From Cyanophora paradoxa CCMP329 (Eukaryota > Plantae > Glaucophyta): 64,000 nt of DNA. Where the stretch lies: the NCBI GenBank assembly GCA_004431415.1, contig QPMI01000039.1, positions 558,001-622,000 on the forward strand, read 5' to 3'. Below are positions 49,901-59,941 of the stretch, one piece after another. Made by a program: the position numbers and the translations under genes. How positions within the stretch are numbered: the stretch's first letter is position 1; each line of letters starts with the position of its first letter. The notes under the pieces were generated by a model. That model ran no database searches and was not told the origin of the DNA. It saw nothing but the letters and a program-made list of their open reading frames with translations.

Positions 49901-51007
49901 GCCGTCGTCCTCATGCTCTTCAACGACACCGACTCGATCGGCTTCCAGGAGATCAAGGAGGCCTCCGGCATCGGTCCGCCCGCCCGCCCGGCGCCGTCGG
50001 CGGTCCCTCCGATCCGCGCGCGCGCCTCTGAGTGGGGCGAACGACCGCAGAGGACAAGGAGCTGAGGCGGACGCTGCAGTCGCTCGCCTGCGCCAAGATC
50101 CGCGTCCTAAACAAGCTCCCCAAGGCGCGCTTGATCCATTCCTCACGTCTGAAAAACTAAGATGAGAGCGCGCCCTAAGAAAGAACTAAGAAACTAAGAA
50201 CCAAGAAAACTAAGAAATTAAGAAAGAAAGAACGCGCCCTCAACCAAGGACGAACTAAGAACTAGGACAAGAGCGCGCCCTCAACTCAACGGGGCGGCGG
50301 GGCGCAGGGCAAGGACGTGGCGGACGAGGACGTGTTCCAGTTCAACGCGCAGTTCCAGCAGAAGCTCTTCCGCATCAAGATCAACTCCATCCAGGTCCCT
50401 TTCCTCCTCCTTTTCCTTTCCTTTCCTTTCCGCGTCGCTCACGGGCGCCGGGCGCGGCCGGCCGGGCCGCCGCCGCAGATGAAGGAGACGCAGGAGGAGA
50501 GCGCCTCCACGAACGAGCGCGTCTTCCAGGACCGCCAGTACCAGGCGCGCTTTCCCATTGAAATTGCTCAACATTTCGGGGCGGGCGAATCTGATCCGCG
50601 GGGCAGGTGGACGCTGCGATTGTGCGGATCATGAAGGCTCGCAGTAACCCCATCCCGCTTCTTCCCCCGCCCTGAACTGACGGGCCCTCCTGCAGGCGCG
50701 GAAGACGCTGGCGCACAACCAGCTGCTGACGGAGCTGCTGCCCCAGCTCAAGTTCCCGGTCAAGGTGAATTCGAATTCGAATTTGAATTTGATCCCGCTT
50801 TCGATCTCCCGCGATTCGACGCGCGCGGCAGCCGGCGGACTGCAAGAAGCGCATCGAGTCCCTCATCGAGCGCGAGTATCTCGAGCGCAGCAAGGACAAC
50901 CCGCAGGCGCGCCGGTTTTCCTCGTTTCCGGCAGTCCTCGGCCCCCTTGTTTAGACGCGCCGCTCCTCGCGCTCGCTCGCCCGCAGGTGTACAACTACCT
51001 TGCATGA
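46949..51007 (+). CDS. CUL4: Cullin-4, 21 introns
   Basis: KKMVIKPFK|VKPKLP..WEKLK..SLEELYR|[70 protein letters not shown]|[10 protein letters not shown]|[17 protein letters not shown]. Confidence 0.97.
47647..47718 (+). other. U12-type (minor spliceosome) AT-AC intron
   Basis: 5' ATATCCTT, branch point TCCTTGAC (47700-47707), 3' CAC. Removal restores [25 protein letters not shown]. Confidence 0.93.
50152..50284 (+). repeat. A-rich AACTAAGA-type minisatellite in a CUL4 intron
   Basis: Multiple AACTAAGA variants interleaved with three CGCGCCCT blocks. Confidence 0.8.
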
Positions 51008-51934
51008 GATTTCGATTTCGACGCCGCCCCGCCCCCGCCCCCTCGCCTCGGACCCGACCCCTCGCCGCCTTTTTCAAGCCCTCCTCTGGACCCTCCGATC
51101 GCATCGCATTTCTAATCTTCCCCCCGACTTTGAAGCCCCTTCCCAGGCCCCTGCCCGACCCGGGCCCCGCCGCCCTCTGCCCCCGCGCCGCCCGCCCCGC
51201 CCTCGACGTCGACGTCGGTACCTGCACCTGCAGCTGTCCCCAAATGAACCTCCCGCGCACCGCCCCGCCTCTGTACATTTGTAGCAATTTTCCCGCGTCG
51301 GGCCTCGCGCCGCCCCCCACAGCGCCACGCCGCCAGCGTGATGAGCGAACGCTGAACGGGAACTCCAAATTTGAAATGATTGCCGCCTGCTCCGCACAAT
51401 GTATCTTAACGGACTCTCCGGAACCGCGGAACGAAGATGACGGTGGTTTTTTTTTTTTGCAGGCTTCTTGCTGGCCAGCAGCAGCTGCAGCTTCCAGACT
51501 TAGACCCGCCATCCCACTAGTGATATCGATCCCACGCACATCAGCAGCGTCTCTCTCTCATCAGCTAGCTGGCGCATCCAGCTGCAGCGACCGGTACCGG
51601 GCCTACCGCCGGCACCGTAAGCTTGCAATCCGTCTCTCGAGGCTCGCGTGGTCGGTTGGGCGACCTGGCCCCTACACCATCATAGCTACGTTCGCTCTTT
51701 GTTTAGCACACAGCGACAGCAGCAGCAGCAGCCCTCTCGGGGGGCCTCATGCCGCTCAACAACTTGCAAGGCAGCTTCTGAACGCGCTTCCAATTGCAGG
51801 ACATGCGCGAGCAAGATCTCACGCAGCTGCCTTGGTGCAGCTCATCAATCAGCAGCTTGTCTAGATCAGCCTAAGCCATCAGACGCCGTGGCGCCATCGC
51901 GCCTGGGCGCTGACGGATCTGACCGCTTACCAGC

Positions 51935-54900
51935 ATGGGGTCAGTCTGCTGCGGTGGTGGCGGCGGCACGCACCTGGCCAAGTCCACGACCGTCGTGGGC
52001 ATCGGCTCCCGCGGCCAGCTTGAGCTGGGCGACGCATCCGATGGTGCCTATGCGCCGCCCCGCGCGCCGCCCCGCGCGCGACTTGGCCCCTGTGCCGCTA
52101 ACATGGCGCGCGCGCCCTCTGCCTCAGTGTCGCCGAGCGACCACGATGCGCGGAAAGAGAGCGCGCGGGGAGAGAAAGCCCCCGACGGCCCCGCCGCGAG
52201 CAAGTACAAGAGCCTCAGGAGGCGGCCCTCCTCGTGCGCTGCCCCGCAGTGCACCGCGCTGCTCCGCGCCGCGCCGCGGCGGCCGACGAGCGCTCGCAGC
52301 ATTGCGTTCCTGAAGGCGGAGCTCGGGAACATCAAGACGCTGCAGGGCGAGATCCGCCGCGTCATCGACGACCTCAGCCACGGTGCCTCGAGCTCTCTCT
52401 CTCTCTCGCGCGCGGAGCGTCGCAGCTAAGGCTGCGCCGCACCGCGAGGGGCAGACGCGGAGGGGGAGCGGGGCCTGGCGCTGGAGGTGGCGCAGGACGG
52501 CGTCCACGACATCATCGCCGAGTCCCTCCTCACCCTCCGCCCCTCCGTGCGCCCCGCGCGCGTGCACTAAGCTGAGCGTGCTCGCCCCGCGCTGATCGGG
52601 GGCGGGGCAGGTGGACGCGCGCACGGCCGGCGACGCGTTTCGCGCCCTGCACATGATCTGGAAGGGCGGGCGCAAGGTCCGGGCCCCGCCCTCCCCCCCC
52701 TCCCCCGCGCCCCCCGCTTTGCGAGCCGTACCCCCCCCAGGGCGGGGCGGGTACGATGTTCGAGAGGAACGAGGGGCTGCTGCCCTACGCGCGGGCCTCC
52801 CTCAAGGCCCCCTACGCCGGCCAGGTACCCCGCCCGGCCTCCGCCCCGCCCCCCCCGCGCCTTGGGATCGACCGCCTCGGCAGTACGCGCTGGCGCTGCT
52901 CGCGGACGCGGCGACCTCCACCGCCCCAGGCGCTCCCCATCCCAACTGATTTGATCTCATCCGATCTGATCCGGTCGCGCCGCGCAGTGGCGCAGCGGGT
53001 CTTCGACCTGCTGGGCGGGGACGGCATGCTCGCCCTCTTCCAGATGGCCCGCGAGGCCTCCCGCGTGCGTCCGGCGGCACTCGAACCCGCAGGGGGCCGC
53101 TTTCTTTCTCTCTGTCCTTAAGAGTTCGCCCGCAGGTGGAGGTGATGGAGAAGGCGTACAACCTCATCGCCTGCCTGGCCCAGGCGCTTGCTCTCCTCCC
53201 CTTGCTACTCCGCCGCCGCCCCCCTCTCACAGCTTCCCGCCGCAGTGGCCGGCGCTGCGGGAGGCGTTCGCGGCGGGGAACTACCACGCGATGGCCCTCG
53301 CCGACCTGCGCAACCCCATGCGCCAGAACAAATACGCGCGCCCCGTACCCCTCCCGCCCCGCTCCCTTCCCCTGGGCGCCCGCCTGACGCGCCCCGGCCC
53401 GCAGCGCCGCTCCCCCGCCCGCGTCCTCATGGGCCTCGCCCAGCACGGTCCGCTTCGCGTACCCCCCTCCGACCCCGCGTACCCCCTTCGATCCCTCCCC
53501 CACCGCAGCGCCCATCCACGCGCGGCTCGCCGACGATCGCGCCCTCTCCGCCGCCGTCTCCCTCTCCATGTACCCCCTCCCGCCCCGCCCCGCCCCTTCG
53601 CACCCCCCTGATCCTCCCCCCTCCCTCCCCCCCAAGGCACCCCGAGCAGGATCTGGTGGGGTACGGCCTCCGCGCGATGATCGGCTTCATGCAGGGGACG
53701 CGTGCGCCGCCTTCCCCCCCCTCCCACCCACCCCCTCGTACCCCCCTGACCCCCGCCCCTTTTGTCAGCGTCGTTCCGGCAGAAGCTGGCGTGCGACATG
53801 GCCCATGTCGCCCGCCTCGCCGCCTCCCGTGACCGCGCCGAGGCCCACCTCGTCGCCCCGGGTACCCGAACCCCTCGGCCAGGGCCGGCGGGAGCTGACG
53901 GGGGCGCTGGGGCAGCGCTGCGGTGCGTGCGGCTGGCGGCGATGGACACGGGCGAGGTGGTCTCGCGCGACTGGATCGACCTCCAGAAGGAGCAGGAGGC
54001 AGCGATCCCCGGCCTCAAGGTGCGGGGTGGGCTGGCCGGGCGGGGGCGGCGCGGGTCGGGGCGCCCGGCGCTCCGGATGCGCGGCGGGGCGCCTGATCCG
54101 ATTCGATTCGATCTCATCTGATCCGATCTGAGCTCACCTGATCCGCAGGAGCTGGGCCTCGCGGAGCAGTCCCTCCGCAAGGAGCTCATGGCCCTCAACG
54201 GTGCCGTACCCCCCCGGGGGAGAGGGGGGGCGCGGGCGGCCCTGAAGGGTCCCTCGCTCTCCCCCGCACGCAGGGGAGCGGGCGGTGGCGCGGCTCTTCT
54301 CCGACAGCGACCGCATCTACTCCATGATCCAGGCGAGCGATAGAGCCAGCGGGCGACCGTTCCTCCGCCCCGTTCTCCCGCCCCCTCACGCCGGCGCCGC
54401 AGATCGTGGCGGGGGTGGGCCCCGCGTGGGCCGACGAGGGGGACGAGGCCCTCGCCTCGGGCGGCCGCTGGGCCCCCGTGCGCCCGCCCCGCCGCCCCGC
54501 GCGGGATCGAATCCGACTGCTCGGGCGGCTGCTCACGCGCGGGGCGGGCTCAGAGCGCCGACGCGACGTACATCCTCGCGACCGTCACCGCCCTCGGTGC
54601 GCCCCGCCCGCCCCTCCTCCCCCTCCGAGGCCCGCCGCCCTCATCTGAGAGCGCCCCGCCCGCCCGCCCGCCCCGCCGGCCCCGCAGACGCCGGCCTGAA
54701 GCTGCTGCTCCGGAACACCACCGCCTGCTCCATGGTCCAGGTGCCTTTTCGAAGGGGCGGGCGGCTCGCCCCGCGCCCACCTCACGCCCCGCCACAGGCG
54801 GCGTGCGCCTCGGAGCTCGAGCCGCTGCGCGAGCGCTGCATCGTGGCGACGCGCTGCATCGAGCGCGGCGTGGCCGCCGCCTTCGCCGACCCCGACGCCT

Positions 54901-57900
54901 CCGCCTCCGCCTCCGCCACCGAGGTGGCCCCGCCCCGCCCGCTGCCTTCGCCCCGCGTTCCGCGCCTCACGCGCCGGCGGCGCCGCCTCAGGTGAAGCCG
55001 ATCGAGCCGGGGGCCCCCGAGAACATCCGCAGCGTCGACAGCGACGAGCTCGAGGCGCGCCCTTCAGAGTCTCCTCTCTCTTTGTCTCTCGCGGCGTCTT
55101 ACGCTCTGATCTTCTTTGCAGGCGCGGCGGGCGGCGTCGATGCGGCGCCGCTCGATGACGGGCGCCAGCGGGCGGCGCGGGAGCCTCACCGGCGCCGGCG
55201 GGAGCGCCGGCCCCGGGCCGAGCGCCATACCCCCCTGGGTCGCGGGCCCCGGCGCCGGCCTCAGCAGCGTCGACTCGAAGGACTCGCTCGCCACCGTCAC
55301 GTCGGCGCACGTGCGTACCCCCCTCCCCGCCCCCGCCCGGGGCCGCGCTGACGCGCCCGCTCAGTCCGTGGCGACGGTGGGGCAGCTGAGCCGCCGCGGG
55401 AGCGGGACCGTCAGCCATGTGCGCCCGTCCCGCCCCTTGGACTCTTTCTCGCCTTATCCGATCGGGGCGCAGGTCTGGGCAGACGCGCTGCGGCACGCCC
55501 ACGAGGGCGAGCGCGACTCGCCCGCCTCGGAGCGCTCCGCCGGGCCTGCCACGAGCCACCGCCGCCTCTCGCTCGCCGCGGCGGCCCCGCAGCACCGCTC
55601 CTCCGCCCGCTTCGCCGCGGGGGCGCCCCGCCCGGAGGGCACGGATGCGAGACGGCGGGCGGCGCGGGGCTTGCCCGCTCCCTCAGCGTCCGGCGTGACT
55701 CGGCGCGCGAGGGCCCGCGCACTCCCCGCAGCGCCGTCCCTCCCTCGCCCCCGCCGACCCCGCCGCCCTCCCGCCGCGTGGGGCGAGCAGGGCGCGCCCC
55801 CCGTCGCCTGGGGCGCCCCGCCCCGGGCCCCGCCTCGCCTCGGTGAGAGCGGTACCCCGTACCCCTCCCACGGCCGAGCGAGGCTGAGGCGCCCGTACCC
55901 CCGCAGAACTGGGGCCGCCGCCCCAGCGCCGACATGGCGCACGGCAGCCTTACCGCCGCCGACTTCCACGTGCATTCTCCTGTACCCCCCGCCCCGCCCG
56001 CAGTCTATTTATAGCGCGCGGCAGGCGGCGCAGGCGGCGGCGATCGCGGCGACGATGGCGGCCCTGGGCCTACCCCCCGGCGCCCCCCTCCCCCTCCTGC
56101 CCTTCCCCGTACCCCTCCCCGTTCCCGGCGCCCCTCTTTCCGTCCCCGGCGCGACCCTCCCCCTCCCCGGAGCCCTCCTACCAGCCCCCGTTTCCCCTCA
56201 GCATCCCCCTCCCGTACCCCCGTCCGCCTTCTCCCCCCACGCCGCCGTCTTCGACGCGGGAGCACAGGTACCCCCGCGCCCACTCTCCGATGCTGGGGCA
56301 GCCGCTGATCCGCCCGTACCCCCCCAGGGACGGGTACACCAGCACCGGCACTCGCTGCCGGACCCGTCCATGCCGGCGCCGGCGGAGGACGCGCCCCAGG
56401 ACCCCCAGGCCTTCGCCGCCCCTACCCCCGCGCCCGGCCGCGGGCTGCCCCCCGCCGACTTCTTCCAGCCCGGGACCACCTCCTCCGTGCGCGTACCCCC
56501 CTCCGCCCCGGCGCCGGCCTCACGGCCCCCCTGCGCCGGCGCAGAAGCGGGTGCGGAAGCCGAGCCTGTCGGAGGACGGGAGCCCTGCGACGGCGTCGGC
56601 GGCGGCGGCGGCGCTGGCGGCGGTGGGGCACCCGCACCCCGTGCCCCGCATCCACACCCCGGGCTTCCGCTCGGGCTCCATCAGCATCCGCCCCCCGGTG
56701 CCCTGCTGTGCTGCTCGCGATGCCCGCCGGGGCGCCGGCGTCTGATTCGCCGCAGGAGGACCGCCGTGCGAGCAGCTCGTCGCAGGGGGGCGCGGGGGCG
56801 GAGGAGGAGGAGCAGAGGGGGCAGCGCGGAGGGGCCAAGGAGGGTGCCTCGCCCCCGCTGCACGCGGCGCCGGCGCCGGCGCCGCCCGGGGCCGTGCCGC
56901 CGTCCTCCACGCTGTCGCCGCCGGCCTCGGGCTTCCCCACCGGCGCCGGCCTCTCGCACCGCTCCGAGGGCGACGCCTCGCGCCCCGCCACCGTGCGCCC
57001 CGAAGCTTCGACGGCCGCTCGGACGAGCAACTGAGGCGCCGCAGGGCCGGAGGCCGAGCATAAGCGCCGCAGGCAACGAGGAGCACTCCTCCAGGCCCCC
57101 GACCGTGCGCGCCCTCGCACACGTACCCCCGCCCCGCCCCGAGCAGCGCCTGAGGCCGCCTTTGCGGGCCCCGCAGAGCCGGCGGCCGAGCGTGAGCGTC
57201 GCCGAGCCCGCCAAGGAGGAGCCGGTGAGCATCCTGAAGACATCCAAGGTACCGTACCCCCGCTGAGCTTCGGCACGGTACCCCCCTGACGCCCGGGGGG
57301 TAGAGCTTCAAGGCGAAGTCGTTCCGCTCGCGCTCCGTCTCTATCGACCCCGCCGCCCTCCCCGTGCGCCCCGTACCCCCCTCGCTCCCCCTCCCCTCGT
57401 ATTTAGAGCCCGGCCCGTCCAGAAGCTGGACGACGACGCGGCGGCGGCGGCGGCGGGCCCCGAGACGGGCCGCCTCAGCTCGCGCCGGGCCAGCATGCCG
57501 GCGGCCGGCGGGGCCGCGGACGGCGCGGGGGTACGGCCGCCGCGGCCAGCAGCCTCTGGATCCGGCGGGGAAAGGACCCCGAGCCCGCGCCGGTGCGCCC
57601 CGCACCCCCGCCCCTGTACCCCCCTACCGGGCCTGAGGTTCGATCCGCAGGAGGCGGCGCCGGAGGGCCCGGACCCGGCGGTCTTCGCGGCGAGCCTCTC
57701 GCAGCGGCTGCGGGCGGCGGCGGGGGCGGCGGGGCGCTGGCGGAGGCGGGCGGGGCGGCGGGGGCCCCGGGGCCCTCCCGCTGCTCGCCCGCGTCGACGC
57801 CCACGCCGACGCCCGCGCCGCCGCCATGCCGCAGCCGCCGCCCCCGCCCCAGGCCGCCCCCCCCTGCTCCCCTCCTCCCGCCGCCAGTCCTTCTCCCTCC

Positions 57901-58051
57901 CGCCCCCCTGCCCATGGTGTACCCCCTCCCGACCGCCGCGCCCGTGGCGGTGCCGTACCCCGCGGCGTTCGCGGCGGGCTTCGTGCCGCCCCTGCCTCCG
58001 ATGCCGCCGCCCCCCCAATTCCTCCCGCACGCGTACGCCCCTCACGCGTAG
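51935..58051 (+). CDS. Uncharacterised multi-exon protein: N-myristoyl/palmitoyl motif, alpha-helical (ARM/HEAT-like) region, long disordered C-terminus
   Basis: Starts MGSVCCGG. More than 20 short in-frame exons with canonical splice signals encode amphipathic helices (e.g. VEVMEKAYNLIACLAQ). The 3' exon structure is uncertain. Confidence 0.65.
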
Positions 58052-59295
58052 ACGGCCACACGAACGCTTGGCCGTGAGCAGCATGCTGAGCTTTCCCTCT
58101 TTTCGAATCACTTTCTTTTCTCTACTAAAATTATCCATAGTAGTCATATTTTACACGCCATGGCGCTATGAATTAGTATACGTACTTAGCTTCGAAGTTA
58201 ACAAGTAATGCGTAATGTATGCAATAAAGTAACAGCTCTAGATCTAGATCTGGATTTCAATTCGAACAGACGGCCACGGGCGGCTTGAAAGAACTGCATG
58301 CGCATGCGGATCAGATTCCGCAGACCGTCGGACGGGTATACGTACGGGTCCGGGCCCCGGGCCCCTCTCCGGACTCGAGAGAGAGACGAGAGAGACGCAA
58401 GATCGAGATCTAGAGACGCCGCCGCGCGCCGCCGGGGCCCGGCCCCGGGCGCCGGGCTGGGGCGGTGGCGGCGCCGGGCGGGAAGGCGGGCACCAAGCTC
58501 GGCGCACGATCGAGAGACGCCCGCGCGCGCCGCCGGCGCCCCGGGCCCGGGCACGGCCCCGCACGCCTGCCGTGAGCCGATGCGGCCGGCGCCCCGCGGG
58601 AAGCCCATTCCGCAGCCGCCCGCCCCGTTCCGCAGCGCCCTCGCCCCGCCCCCTCCTCCTCCTCCTCCGCCAGGCAGCCGCCCCGGAGCCCTGCCCCCTC
58701 CCAAGTCCTCCTCAAAGGAGGACTGGAGGAGCCCGGGGCCGGCCCCGGCCGAGGGCGCGGGAGGAGGAGGGGGCGGGGGCTCGCGGGCGCCGGCGCGGCC
58801 TTCGCGCTCCCCTCTGCCGGCCCGCGTTGGTCCCGGGGCGGGCCTCCTGGGGCAGAGGAGGACGGGGATGCGGGGGGCCGGCGCCGGCGAGCGCGGCGCC
58901 GGCCCCACTGACGCGGCGCCGCCCGTGCGCGAAGGCGGTGGAGGCGCCGCTGAGGTCTCCGGCTTGTCCTGCCGCCCCGCCGGGAGGCCTAGGGACAGCA
59001 GCTGTTTTCCGCGCACGCGGCGCCGGCGCCGATCGTCGGCTCCACCTGCCGCCCCGTCGCGACGGAACGCAGCGGCGGCGCAACGGCACGCGGCGCGCGG
59101 CGAGGGCGTACGCGTAACGGCCTGCGCGGAGCCGGAGACCCGCTCGTCGCCCGCGGCCAGCGCGACGGCGCTGCGCGGCGGCGGTGGGCCAGCGGCTCCG
59201 GAACGATCCGAACGGGCGCACCGATCGTCCTCCGGCTCCCGCCTCGCGCCCGGCAGCAGCGAGCTCGAGCACTCGGCTGGACACGGAAAGGCGGA

Positions 59296-59462
59296 AAGGC
59301 CGCGGCTGCAGCGGGGGTCTCTCTCTCATGAGAGGCGCGGCTGGAGCGTGCGGGGGACGAGCACTCGGCTGGAAGGACCGCGGCTGCAGCGGGGAGCGAA
59401 GTTACAGCGCGCGGCGCTGCGCGAGGCCTCCAGCGGGGCCTGCCCTCGCCTTGGATTCTCAC
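59296..59462 (+). repeat. Dispersed ~130-170 bp element, third copy
   Basis: TGAGAGGCG..GCTGGA..GGGGACGAGC..GCGGCTGC..GGCGCTGCGCGAGGCCTCCAGCGGGGCCTG(C/A)CCTCG matches 14920-15045 and, more weakly, 11860-12110. Confidence 0.75.
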
Positions 59463-59941
59463 CTTGGACGTCGACAGCCTTGGACGTCGACTCTCACATG
59501 GTGCCGGGGCGGCGAGCGGCAAGCCGCAAGCCAGGCCAAGCCTTGCAGGGGGGGTGGGGGGGGTAGAGGGCGGTTGGGTCGCGACTGCGTCGGCACTTCG
59601 AGCAGCACACGCGGCGGAGGCGCACTCGGCGGGTCATTTGAGCACGTGCGCAGCTGTACCGGTGCGCACAGCGCGAATCACCTGGGCCGAAGCTTCATTA
59701 GCCTTTTCATGTTTCGTGTTGCTCTTTCCCTCTGAACGAACGAGCTTAGCTCTACTCTAAGCGGTTAGTCGCCTTTGGCAGGCCGGGGCCGCCACGACCG
59801 AGGTCCGGTCTTCGGCCGCTCGGCCGCCTTCAACAGCGGCCCCGTCCGCTGTTACAACCAGCCGCTAGCTCGCATAAAGAATGTCCGCGAAGCCGTCTTT
59901 TTGATGCCAAAGTTGGCGCAGCCAAAGCGCCCGCGTCCGCG

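Noticed and set aside
58298-59290. Possible gene between the 51935 gene and the TIR gene
   Set aside because: Only low-complexity translations and scattered splice-like words. I could not build a coherent exon chain.
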